In this document: positions 19,911 through 28,818 of the stretch, one piece after another | Layout of the letters: every line of letters starts with the position of its first letter | How positions within the stretch are numbered: position 1 is the stretch's first letter | Assembly (NCBI GenBank): GCA_965204535.1 | Contig: CBDBEV010000001.1 | Coordinates: 1,824,001-1,888,000, forward strand | Reading direction: 5' to 3' | Length of the DNA stretch: 64,000 bases | Source: a bacterium | GTDB lineage: Bacteria > UBA8248 | Program-made: the position numbers and the translations under genes | Notes under the pieces: model-generated | The model's database searches: none | Seen by the model: only the letters and a program-made list of their open reading frames with translations | What the model was told of the DNA's origin: nothing

Positions 19911-20048
19911 TTCGCCCCCCTGTCGTTGCAGTTCCAGAGTTCAAAAAAACCACGCGTCTTGAGCCGCATGTTTGAGATATTGCAGGAGTAATCGACGTTC
20001 GGATGATTATACTGCCACAGATCGGGAGAGACTTCAAGCGTGTCCGGG

Positions 20049-20240
20049 TTAGGGAGAGTTTTGCTTTGATGCAACGGGGAGTCCGAAGAACTTTTCGATT
20101 GGGGCAATATCGGTTTTCGGCTTAACATCATGAAACTTATCCGCTAATTCCTCCGCCTTGCGCAATGACACGCTTTTGCTTACATCATCGGTTTTTGCGT
20201 CTTTTACGATATCTTCGATTTTCTTCGCCAAGTTAGTCAT
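20049..20240 (-). CDS. Small (63 aa) hypothetical protein downstream of the protease gene
   Basis: Strong RBS GAGGAGGTG before ATG at 20240, immediately after the protease stop; same AT-richer composition. Confidence 0.6.
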   Translation of the reverse strand: MTNLAKKIEDIVKDAKTDDVSKSVSLRKAEELADKFHDVKPKTDIAPIEKFFGLPVASKQNSP

Positions 20241-20251
20241 GCTCACCTCCT

Positions 20252-21139
20252 CTACGGATCATATGGACCGACGCGATGGTTGTGCAAGAAAAATCCGAGA
20301 CCCATTCGGTCAATAAATCCAGTAAGACTATCATTATACTGACGAATAAGGTTTCTTAACTCTTCATCGTCGGAATAGTCATCGATTTCAATTCTTAGAT
20401 CTTTTAATTTTATCGTATCTAAATTGCGTCCATGAGACCGCCACCGCTTGTGGTCGGCGAGCGCGACCGCTATTTCTTCGGCGCGTTCTTGTTTTTCGTC
20501 GGGCGTTACCACGGCTCCGACGTTATTAGTCCGATGATGTGTCCAATTCTTAAACTTATATTTGACCAACCACTCCTTCAGTAAATCGCGAGAGAGATCG
20601 CGAGCCTGCTCAAACAATGCGAGCTTCGCCAAATCTAAACTTTTCAGCAACACCACATCCGCAGGAGCCAAATCCCCCTTTTCTGTTATTTCCTTCACTT
20701 TGTCCAAATAACCGAGCGCTGGAATATAATCGCCCGTGTCTGGGGCTGGTATTTGCGGATCTATCGGCCCTAAACTTGAAGCATAGTCCATGTATATCTT
20801 ATCGCCCGACATGCAGAGTATGGTGCCCGCAGACATGGCAAGATCAGGAACAACAAAGTAAACGCTACGATAGTGCTTTCGCAAAACGGCTACGATGCGT
20901 TCCGTTGTTTCCACCGAGCCCCCGCCAGTGCGCAAAAACATGGCAATGGCGTTTTCGTTTCTATCGCTACTGTCATTTACTTTTTCAATGAAGTCGCGAA
21001 ACGATCGAAAATGCCCGGGGTGAATTGAGCCGTGATAGAAAACGACATCGGCCTTAAAGACGTCCTCCAGCTTACGTGCGCAATTATTGACGATATCAAA
21101 AATCGATTTATCTAAAAGATCTGGAACCATTGGAAACAT
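20252..21139 (-). CDS. SDH-family ClpP-fold serine protease
   Basis: LRTGGGS, AMSAGT (catalytic Ser), SSLGPIDPQ, SHGR motifs; visibly more AT-rich than the flanking genes. Confidence 0.8.
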   Translation of the reverse strand: MFPMVPDLLDKSIFDIVNNCARKLEDVFKADVVFYHGSIHPGHFRSFRDFIEKVNDSSDRNENAIAMFLRTGGGSVETTERIVAVLRKHYRSVYFVVPDLAMSAGTILCMSGDKIYMDYASSLGPIDPQIPAPDTGDYIPALGYLDKVKEITEKGDLAPADVVLLKSLDLAKLALFEQARDLSRDLLKEWLVKYKFKNWTHHRTNNVGAVVTPDEKQERAEEIAVALADHKRWRSHGRNLDTIKLKDLRIEIDDYSDDEELRNLIRQYNDSLTGFIDRMGLGFFLHNHRVGPYDP

Positions 21140-21283
21140 TCATTTCGGCGGCTATATTTATGAGCTTCGAACTCTACCGTTTCGTCAGCAAAACCAATAG
21201 TGCTTCCGCCCCAGCTCGAGTTCCTGCGACGTATGTCAATACCATGATACAAGAATTTCCAGCGCAAACAATACACCCCGGCG

Positions 21284-22105
21284 TTACAGCCCCCAGTCGC
21301 GGGCGTAGCGGAAATCGCGGTCGATGGTGCGCTGGCTGAGCTTGGCGATGAGCGGCAGGCGTCTTTTGTACTGGCTGCGCTGCACGAGGCGCTGGATGCC
21401 GTCCACGAGCTCGGGCGGGAAGCCTTCGCCGAGCAGTTCCTCGCGCGTGTAGCGGCAGTCGATCATCCGGTACAGGACGGCGTCGGCCACCTCGTAGGTG
21501 TAGCCGAGTTCCTGCTCGTCGGTCTGGCCCACCCACAAGTCCGCGCTCGGGGCCTTCTCCACCACCTGCGCCGGCACGCCGACGTGGCGCGAGAGCTGGC
21601 GCACCTGCGTCTTGAACAGATCGCCGATGGGGTTCACCGCGCTCGCCATGTCGCCGAAGAGCGTCCCGTAGCCGAGCAGGAGTTCGGTCTTGTTGCTCGT
21701 GCCCACCACCAGCGCGCCGAGGAAGGCCGAATGATCGTATAAAATCGTCATCCGCTCGCGCGCCATCTTGTTGCCCCGGCGCAGGTTGTCCGCATCGGGA
21801 AAGCGCTCGTAATAGGCGTCCACCTGGGGGGAGATGTCCACCACCTCGATATGGATGTTGCTCTTCTCGGCCACCGCGCGCGCATCGGCCTCGCTCTGGG
21901 GGTTCGAGAGTCGGTAGGGCATGATGACGCCCGTCACGTTCTCGGGCCCCATGGCGCGTGCGGCCAGAAAGGCGGAGAGCGCGCTGTCGATCCCGCCCGA
22001 AAGGCCCAGGACGAGCTTCTTCACGCCCACTTTCGAAACCTCATCGCGAATGAAGCCCGCCAGCAGGCCGGTTGCCAGCTCGCCGTCGAGCTCCAGTTCC
22101 GTCAT
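21284..22105 (-). CDS. nadE: NAD+ synthetase (synthetase domain only)
   Basis: [40 protein letters not shown]. Confidence 0.93.
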   Translation of the reverse strand: MTELELDGELATGLLAGFIRDEVSKVGVKKLVLGLSGGIDSALSAFLAARAMGPENVTGVIMPYRLSNPQSEADARAVAEKSNIHIEVVDISPQVDAYYERFPDADNLRRGNKMARERMTILYDHSAFLGALVVGTSNKTELLLGYGTLFGDMASAVNPIGDLFKTQVRQLSRHVGVPAQVVEKAPSADLWVGQTDEQELGYTYEVADAVLYRMIDCRYTREELLGEGFPPELVDGIQRLVQRSQYKRRLPLIAKLSQRTIDRDFRYARDWGL

Positions 22106-22271
22106 CGCGTCTTCGATGATGCCTTCGTCGAGCAAAACGATTCTCCGCTGCGTGAAATCCTCTGATGCTGTTCCGCCCCTATCATGCCTCCCGCGCACGC
22201 GCTCCGCAACGGCCTTGCGCCATTGACGCCGCGCGAGACCCGGGGATGTCCTTCCCCCATCCACCGCTCAT

Positions 22272-22625
22272 GGGGCTGTTCAAAAACACCATCGAAGAGG
22301 AAGTGCCGCCTGGAAAACCAACCCCCCCTACCCCCCCTTGTCAGGGGGGTATGAAAAGGCGACGCCCGCCGCTGGTAGAGGAACTTTTGTTTTTTCTTGC
22401 CCCCTTGCCAGTGGGGCTTTCTTTTTTTACCCCCCTGACAAGGGGGGGTAGGGGGGGTTGCCTTTCCAGTCTAGAGGGCATCCTTCGATACGGCGCTTGC
22501 GCGCCTACTCAGGATGAGGTGGATAGAGCTTTTTCAACAGACCCCTCAAGGGGGGAGTGATTCTTCTCTCTCGCCGGTAGGTAATATACACTGAATCTCG
22601 AAAGAATGACTTTTTCAACAACCCC
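22272..22625. mobile_element. Composite MITE-like element B plus a second right end
   Basis: TIRs GGGGCTGTTCAAAAA (22272-22286) and TTTTTCAACAGACCC (22530-22544), with an internal inverted repeat CCCCTTGTCAGGGGGG/CCCCCTGACAAGGGGG. Followed by ~80 bp resembling the right end of element C, ending in TTTTTCAACAACCCC (22611-22625). Confidence 0.65.
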
Positions 22626-22641
22626 CTTATCTGGAGTCCTT

Positions 22642-23421
22642 ATGCCGTACGTGGGAAACATCGAAGACTTGAAATGGGTCTACGACCAGGCGGAGGCGAT
22701 GCGCAAAGGCTCGCCCATCCTCATCGACACGCCGAATCTGGAGGTGCGGGTCATCGTCCTTCCGCCGGGCGCTTATCCCCCCTATCACGCGCACCACGAG
22801 GAGATGGACGAGGGCTACCTCATCTATAACGGTCGCGGGCTCATCCTCAACAACGGGCAGACCTTCGAAGTCGCGAAGGGCGACGTTCTCCTGAACCCGC
22901 GCGGTTCGATGCACAACATGAAGAACATAAGCGGCGATGAGTTGATAGAGTTCAATTTCAGAGGCGGCCGGATGCCTTCCGGCTTCCTGCTGCCCGAAGG
23001 CGATCCGCCCCCCAATCCCGACCCCGAGTCGGTGGAAAACCCCCTGGCGCCTCCCGTTCCCTACATCAAGGGCGACGTCGCCGGGCTCACGGGGCCGTTC
23101 GATGCAGGCTCAGTGAAGGAAAAGGGCCTCGCGCGCGCCATCGCCACCGAATACCTCGAATGCCAGATCGTCTCGTTCCCTCCGGGCGGCAGGCCGCACA
23201 TCCACCGGCATCAAGAGACGATGGATGAGGCGACGCTCGTGCTGGAAGGACGCATGAACTTCATCATCGAAGACGAGACCATCGAGGCGGCGGGGGGCGA
23301 TCTCGTCCACACGCCGGGCGGGGCGTGGCACACGGTGCACAACGCGAGCAACGCTCCCGCCGTGCTGTTCAACTTCCGGGGCGGCGCGCTGCCCTCCAAG
23401 ACCGAATGGCGGGATGCGTAG
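22642..23421 (+). CDS. Bicupin (tandem cupin) protein
   Basis: Two repeats: HAHHEEMDE...H...FNFRGG and HRHQETMDE...H...FNFRGG; RBS GGAG. Confidence 0.8.
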   Translation: MPYVGNIEDLKWVYDQAEAMRKGSPILIDTPNLEVRVIVLPPGAYPPYHAHHEEMDEGYLIYNGRGLILNNGQTFEVAKGDVLLNPRGSMHNMKNISGDELIEFNFRGGRMPSGFLLPEGDPPPNPDPESVENPLAPPVPYIKGDVAGLTGPFDAGSVKEKGLARAIATEYLECQIVSFPPGGRPHIHRHQETMDEATLVLEGRMNFIIEDETIEAAGGDLVHTPGGAWHTVHNASNAPAVLFNFRGGALPSKTEWRDA

Positions 23422-23432
23422 GGGGTCAATCC

Positions 23433-23607
23433 GTAGGGGCGGACCGATGTGTCCGCCCATCTCGATTCGTAAGTCTCTTGTAGGGACAGGCCCCCGTGCC
23501 TGTCCTGGAGAGGGACAACCTCAGGGGCAGAGTTAATTGTAGGGGCCGCATACATGCGGCCCGAGGCTTAACGGCGAAAAGCAGGGCCGCATGTATGCGG
23601 CCCCTAC
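23433..23607. repeat. Cluster of GTAG-type REP palindromes
   Basis: GTAGGGGCGGACCGATGTGTCCGCCC; GTAGGGACAGGCCCCCGTGCCTGTCC; GTAGGGGCCGCATACATGCGGCCC...GGGCCGCATGTATGCGGCCCCTAC. Confidence 0.75.
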
Positions 23608-23668
23608 AATCTTGTTGCTCATCCAACGGCGCGCAAGTCTTTCGCAAAAACATGCGCATTTTCTTAAC

Positions 23669-24529
23669 TCACCCCGCCCGCGAGCGCTGGATGCGGCGGA
23701 GTTCGCGCAGCGTGAGGTGCAGGTCCTCATCCCGGAGCGTGGGGGATGCGATGCGCGCGCGGCGCACGTTCGCCGTGTCCACTTCGGATACGAGCAATTG
23801 TTCATTGGCGCGCTCGGCCTGGGCGAGCGGCTCCCCGCTGGGCGCGAGTATCTCGGACCCCCCCCAGAAGTTGATGCCGTCCTCATAGCCCACCCGGTTG
23901 CTGAAGACGACGTGCTGGTTGTAGGCCGCGGCGTAGGTTCTCGTGAGCGACTGCCAGACGCGCTGTATCGCGAGGCCGCCCTCGCCGTTCGCCTTGCTGA
24001 CGCCGCGCGCGGGACTCGCCGAGGGAACGATGAGCAGATCCGCGCCGTCGAGCGAGGCGACCCCCGCCAGGCTCGGGTGCCAAGCGTCCTCGCAGATGAG
24101 GATGGCCGCGCGCCCGAACCGCGTGTCGAAGGCGCGCACCTTGTCTCCCCGGCCCACGTAGCGGTTCTCATCGAACAATCCGTACGTCGGCAGATAGACC
24201 TTGCGGTGCACGTGGAGAAGCTCGCCGTTTTCGAAATAGGCGGCCGAATTGAAAAACCCGTGCCTGCGCGACTCCTCGACGAAGCCCACCACCAGGGAGA
24301 GGTTCTTGCTCAAGGCGGCGATTTCCTTCATCGGCGCGGTGTTGCGCTTGATGGCCACCTCGGGGACCATGTCCTTCAGGAAATAGCCGGTGAGCGAGAG
24401 TTCGGGAAAAATGAGGAGATCGACGTTTTCCGCCTCGGCCTTTCTCACTTCCTCCGCCAGCAATTCACGATTCGCTTCGAGGTTCCCGAGCCTCGGGCCA
24501 ATCTGGGCCGCCGCCGCCAGAAATTTCAT
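23669..24529 (-). CDS. Nitrilase-fold amidohydrolase; likely glutaminase subunit of a two-subunit NAD synthetase
   Basis: FPELSLTGY, HRKVYLPTYGLFDENRY, ICEDAW (E-K-C triad); same strand as and close to nadE. Confidence 0.8.
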   Translation of the reverse strand: MKFLAAAAQIGPRLGNLEANRELLAEEVRKAEAENVDLLIFPELSLTGYFLKDMVPEVAIKRNTAPMKEIAALSKNLSLVVGFVEESRRHGFFNSAAYFENGELLHVHRKVYLPTYGLFDENRYVGRGDKVRAFDTRFGRAAILICEDAWHPSLAGVASLDGADLLIVPSASPARGVSKANGEGGLAIQRVWQSLTRTYAAAYNQHVVFSNRVGYEDGINFWGGSEILAPSGEPLAQAERANEQLLVSEVDTANVRRARIASPTLRDEDLHLTLRELRRIQRSRAG

Positions 24530-24657
24530 GTCATTTTCCTGTCGAGATCGAATAAGAAACTCATAACGTCCTGCGCACCGCGGGGCGAAACGCCGCGCGC
24601 TCACCTTTGTCTAGCACATTATCAGGGATATAAGAAAACCGGCGCGGGAAAACCGGC

Positions 24658-25032
24658 TCAGATGAAGAGCTTGGTCTCCGCATCTTTCGTTTTCCGCATG
24701 AACTCAGGGAGGCTGATTACCTCGTCCACGACGTCGGCCACGTCTTCGGGCGCCAGGCCCAGGAGCTTGGGCTGCGCGGCGCAGGCGTAAAGCTTAAGCT
24801 TGCCGAGCCTTCTGGCGGACTCGATGAGTTCCTCCGCCGAGTGCGCACCGCGCGCGTTCTCTCCCGCCGGGGTCGCCGCATCGAGTTCGTCATCCACGAA
24901 CCGCCTGAGCGCATCGAAGAAGAGGATGACGTGCACCTCATCCCCGTTCGCGGCGGCACTCGCCGCGAGGGTGGCTATCTGGTGGATGCGTTCGGGCTCG
25001 CCGCTGTGGGCGTATATGACGAACTGGGACAT
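24658..25032 (-). CDS. DsrE/DsrF-like family protein
   Basis: VHVILFFDAL...KLYAC pattern; 124 aa. Confidence 0.65.
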   Translation of the reverse strand: MSQFVIYAHSGEPERIHQIATLAASAAANGDEVHVILFFDALRRFVDDELDAATPAGENARGAHSAEELIESARRLGKLKLYACAAQPKLLGLAPEDVADVVDEVISLPEFMRKTKDAETKLFI

Positions 25033-25099
25033 TTGGGCCTTAAATGTGGCGAAAGGAGGGCGTTGCTAGTCTGCGCGTTTTTATTGCTCCCCCATTGAG

Positions 25100-25463
25100 G
25101 GGTCTGTTGAAAAAGGCCTGACTTCGTGATTCGGCGTATAGGGACGACCGGGGAGGGGACTGTAGGGACAGGTCGCGACCTGTCCCTACAGAACCACCGC
25201 GCCAGTCCGTAATCACTCCCCCCTTGAGGGTCTGGCTTCCCGAGGGGAAAGCCAGACGAAGAGCTAAGGGCATAAGCCCGAAAGCGATTCGGTGGGGGGT
25301 ATAATTCGGAATAGCAGTAAAACGCATTTTACCCCCCACCGATTCAGCCTTCGCATAAATCGCTCGGCTTCATCGACTCCCCCTCAAGGGGGGAGTGATT
25401 TTTCTCTCTCGTCGGTCGGTTACATACGACAAATCCAGAGTTCCGGGCTTTTTCAACAACCCC
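25100..25463. mobile_element. MITE-like element C with nested palindromes
   Basis: TIRs GGGTCTGTTGAAAAA (25100-25114) and TTTTTCAACAACCCC (25449-25463). Contains the perfect 30-bp REP TGTAGGGACAGGTCGCGACCTGTCCCTACA (25161-25190) and a long inverted repeat AATCACTCCCCCCTTGAGGG...CCCTCAAGGGGGGAGTGATT (~25211-25400). Confidence 0.7.
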
Positions 25464-25549
25464 CTCAAGGGGGGCTTTCCTTCCGATGATCGAAGAATTC
25501 CTCAAATGCCCGATCCGCTTGTGCGAGGAAAAGTGAATCCCAAACCACA

Positions 25550-25819
25550 TCACTCAAAATCTTTCGGCTTCGCATCCTCGAAATCATAGTCGGGCAGATC
25601 CGAGCGGGGCGGCGGGTCGACGCCCTCATCCTGCATGTGGCGAGGCTTCGGGTTCGAGGCCAGGAGATGGGCGACCAAACGATAGACGCCGTACACCAAC
25701 CCGAAGGCCGCGACGAACCAGATCGCTCCCGTAAAATCGCGTTGATAGAAGTAGTAGGCGATGCCCAGCCAGAAAACAAACCCGGCGAATATGCCCAGAG
25801 CCGATCGATTATTCTCCAT
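25550..25819 (-). CDS. Small two-transmembrane hypothetical protein
   Basis: Two hydrophobic segments and an acidic tail; follows the bactofilin gene on the same strand. Confidence 0.6.
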   Translation of the reverse strand: MENNRSALGIFAGFVFWLGIAYYFYQRDFTGAIWFVAAFGLVYGVYRLVAHLLASNPKPRHMQDEGVDPPPRSDLPDYDFEDAKPKDFE

Positions 25820-25857
25820 AGCCGGCCGCCTTCTCCGAATCGTCCCGAAGCGCGCGC

Positions 25858-26298
25858 TCAGTCCGCCCCGGGAGCGGATGCCGTGGATTCGCTCTCCCCT
25901 GAATCCTCCTCGGCCTCAGGAGCCTCCTTCGCTTCCTCGGCGCTCGTTATCGAGCCCCTTCCGTCGCCCGTCATGTGGCAGGTCCCCTCGAACACAGCCC
26001 CTTCTTCGATGTATATGCTCGGCGTGAAAATCTCCCCGCTCACGCGGGAGCCGACCCTGATCTCGCACTTTTCCTTGGCCTCTATCTTGCCCTCCATCCG
26101 GCCCATCACGATGACGACGCCGGCCTTGACCTCGGCCTTCACGTTCGCCGCGGTACCGATGATGAAGGTGTCATCCGTGATGACCTCCCCTTCGAGGACG
26201 CCGTCCACGCGCACGGTTCCCTCGAAGGTAATGACGCCCTTGAACTCGGTGCCTTCTCCCAGGAAAGCGCGTATGCTTTTCTCGTAGTTTTTCGCCAT
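25858..26298 (-). CDS. Bactofilin (polymer-forming cytoskeletal protein)
   Basis: FLGEGTEFKGVI...VRVDGVLEGEV...IEEGAVFEGTCHM beta-helix repeats. Confidence 0.9.
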   Translation of the reverse strand: MAKNYEKSIRAFLGEGTEFKGVITFEGTVRVDGVLEGEVITDDTFIIGTAANVKAEVKAGVVIVMGRMEGKIEAKEKCEIRVGSRVSGEIFTPSIYIEEGAVFEGTCHMTGDGRGSITSAEEAKEAPEAEEDSGESESTASAPGAD

Positions 26299-26337
26299 TC
26301 ATCGATCCTCGCATGAATCCCGATAGAAAAGCCAGGG

Positions 26338-27264
26338 CTAACAAAGCCGCTGGAGCAACCCCTCAAGCGTATCCCTCGTATAATACTCTATTTCTATCTT
26401 TCCGCTCTCCTCGTCTCCCGAAATCGCGACTTTCGTTCCCAGCGCGCTTCTGAGCCGCTCGGCCGCCTCCCGGAGATAAAGCGCCTGCGGCCCCGAGGGC
26501 CCGTTCTGCGGAGCGGGTCGCGGCAGGGTTTCCCTCTTCTCTCTCCCGCCTTCGAGCACGCGCCTGACGCGCGTCTCCAGCTGGCGCACGGAGAGTCTCT
26601 TCTCGACGGCAGCGCTGGCGTGGCTCGCTATCTCCTCGTCCGTGCGCAGGGACAAGAGCGCCCTGGCGTGCCCCATGGTGAGGAGTCCTGCGGCGACGCT
26701 CTCCTGAACGGAGGCGGGCAGATTGAGCAGGCGGAGGTAGTTCGCGACGGTGGAGCGGTCCTTGCCCACGCGGGAGGCGGTCTCTTCCTGCGTGAGACCC
26801 AGGCGCTCCATCATGCTCGCATACGCGGCCGCCTCTTCCATGGGGTTCAGGTCCGCGCGCTGCACGTTCTCGACGATGGCGAGCTCGAGCGCCTCATCCC
26901 CGCCCGCGTCGACCAGGATGGCGGGAACCTCATCGACTTCCGCCAGGCGCGCGGCCCGCCAGCGCCGTTCCCCGGCCACGATCTCGTATCCCCCGCCCGG
27001 GGCGCGCCGGACAAGAAGGGGCTGGATCACCCCGTGGCGCTTCACGGATTCGGCCAGTTCGGCCAGGTCCTCCTCGTCGAAATCGACGCGCGGCTGGTGA
27101 ACGCCGGGAGCGAGGCGGGCAGGAGAAAGCCGCATCAGAATCCCGGCGTCTTCGGCGGCGCCTCCAGGAGGGTCCAGTACCGCCGGTGCGGGCTCTTGCG
27201 CATCATGGGAGGCCAGGAGCGCGTCCAGACCCCGTCCGAGCACTTTTTTTCTCACGGTCGTCAT
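26338..27264 (-). CDS. parB: Chromosome partitioning protein ParB
   Basis: LGRGLDAL, QPR, GVIQP, IVAGERRWRAA, ENVQRADLNPMEEA, HTH. Confidence 0.95.
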   Translation of the reverse strand: MTTVRKKVLGRGLDALLASHDAQEPAPAVLDPPGGAAEDAGILMRLSPARLAPGVHQPRVDFDEEDLAELAESVKRHGVIQPLLVRRAPGGGYEIVAGERRWRAARLAEVDEVPAILVDAGGDEALELAIVENVQRADLNPMEEAAAYASMMERLGLTQEETASRVGKDRSTVANYLRLLNLPASVQESVAAGLLTMGHARALLSLRTDEEIASHASAAVEKRLSVRQLETRVRRVLEGGREKRETLPRPAPQNGPSGPQALYLREAAERLRSALGTKVAISGDEESGKIEIEYYTRDTLEGLLQRLC

Positions 27265-28106
27265 GTCCGGTTTTTCATCCTTTCCTTCGAGCGCGTGATG
27301 AACTCGCCCGCCAGCGCGAGATACGCCTGCGCGCCCGGCGAGGAAATGTCGTAGGTGATCACCGGCTTCCCGTGGCTCGGCGCCTCGGCGAGGCGCACGT
27401 TCCTGGGAATCACGGCCCTGTAGGTCAACTCCGGCAGATGAGAGCGCAAATCCTCGTTCACCTGACGCGAGAGATTCGTCCTCGAGTCATACATGGTGAG
27501 CAGAATTCCGCCTATTCTGAGATCGGGATGAACGCTCCCCCGTATCCGCTCCACCGTTTTCATGAGCCGGGCCAGCCCCTCCAATGCGAAATACTCCGCC
27601 TGAATGGGGATGAGCACTTCGTCTGCCGCCCGCAGGCCGTTCAAGGTGAGAAAACCCAGAGAGGGCGGGCAGTCGATGAGGATATAACGGAACCGGCTCC
27701 GGAGCGGTTCGATGACGTTCCGCAAGCGGCTCTCTCTTTGCGGCAAATCCGCGATCTCCACTTCCGCACCCGCCAGGTCGATGGAGGAGGGCAAAACGCT
27801 TAAGCATTTAATTTCAGTGTCATACAGGGATTCATCGTCTATCGACTCGCCCAACACAAGCGCCCTGTAGAGTGAAGATGATGGCGAAAATAAACCGAAA
27901 TTACTCGTCGCGTTCGATTGCGGGTCCATGTCGACCAGCAGCGTCGGCTGATCCGCCACGGCGAGGCAGGCCGCCAGATTGACGGCCGTCGTCGTCTTGC
28001 CGACGCCGCCTTTCTGGTTCACGACGGCCACGATCGTGCACGGGCCTTCGCTCGCGCCTGCGTCGGGAACGCTCGGGGAGATGGTCGCTCCGGGTGTGAT
28101 ATCCAT
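27261..28106 (-). CDS. parA: Chromosome partitioning ATPase ParA/Soj
   Basis: NQKGGVGKTTT, DMDPQSN, IDCPPSLG, RLAEAPSHG. Confidence 0.95.
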   Translation of the reverse strand: MDITPGATISPSVPDAGASEGPCTIVAVVNQKGGVGKTTTAVNLAACLAVADQPTLLVDMDPQSNATSNFGLFSPSSSLYRALVLGESIDDESLYDTEIKCLSVLPSSIDLAGAEVEIADLPQRESRLRNVIEPLRSRFRYILIDCPPSLGFLTLNGLRAADEVLIPIQAEYFALEGLARLMKTVERIRGSVHPDLRIGGILLTMYDSRTNLSRQVNEDLRSHLPELTYRAVIPRNVRLAEAPSHGKPVITYDISSPGAQAYLALAGEFITRSKERMKNRT

Positions 28107-28181
28107 ATTGTTGTTTCAGGGCGGGTGAAAACAGGTTCAATAACGGAAGATTCTCACACCGCCCCGGAAAATACAACCGGA

Positions 28182-28197
28182 TGTTTCACGTGGAACA
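28182..28197. promoter_or_regulatory. parS centromere site
   Basis: TGTTTCACGTGGAACA matches the universal parS consensus. Confidence 0.92.
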
Positions 28198-28224
28198 AAA
28201 TTTCCGCCAAATCCGGGGAGAGAA

Positions 28225-28240
28225 TGTTCCACGTGGAACA
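28225..28240. promoter_or_regulatory. parS centromere site
   Basis: TGTTCCACGTGGAACA, a perfect palindrome. Confidence 0.92.
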
Positions 28241-28350
28241 ATGGGGGGTTAGGGATGGGAGGAATGCTCTTCGGTAGTGGGCCGTTCTTGTGAACGGACC
28301 AAGGTCGCGACCTGTCCCTACAGGCTTGTTTGAAAATACACCGGATTGTA

Positions 28351-28614
28351 GGGATTGTTGAAAAAGCCCCTGAGAGGGTAATGGCAACCCCTTGAATACG
28401 AAATCCCATAAAGCCAACCCTCCCTACCCCCCCTTGTCAGGGGGGCAAGAAAAAGCAAAATCCCCTCAGCCCGGTGAGGGCGCATCGCCTTTTTTACCCC
28501 CCTGACAAGGGGGGGTAGGGGGGGTTGCTTTCAAAGAGGGAGGTCGGGGGTTCGCGCGAAAGCGGCCTTCCCGCTATAGGTAATGTCCCTTGGCAGGGGG
28601 TTTTCAACAGACCC
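28351..28614. mobile_element. MITE-like element D
   Basis: TIRs GGGATTGTTGAAAAA (28351-28365) and GTTTTCAACAGACCC (28600-28614). Same internal CCCCTTGTCAGGGGGG/CCCCCTGACAAGGGGG inverted repeat as element B, with the spacer in the opposite orientation. Confidence 0.7.
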
Positions 28615-28677
28615 ATGCGAGCGGCCCGGAATTGCGCCATTGAAACGAAATTCCGGTTTGCCATAAAACCCAAAAAA

Positions 28678-28693
28678 TGTTCCACGTGGAACG
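28678..28693. promoter_or_regulatory. parS centromere site (one mismatch)
   Basis: TGTTCCACGTGGAACG. Confidence 0.85.
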
Positions 28694-28818
28694 ATGGGGG
28701 GGATTCGCGATAGGAGGGGTGCTCTTTGGTAGTGGGCCGTTCTTGTGAACGGACCAAGGTCGCGACCTGTCCCTACATAGCAATACCGACAGAAAAAGGG
28801 AGGCCCGCTCGAAAACCC

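Noticed and set aside
23433-23607. Repeat clusters as a CRISPR array
   Set aside because: The units are non-identical palindromes in mixed orientation with irregular spacing, and no cas genes are present. They fit REPs.
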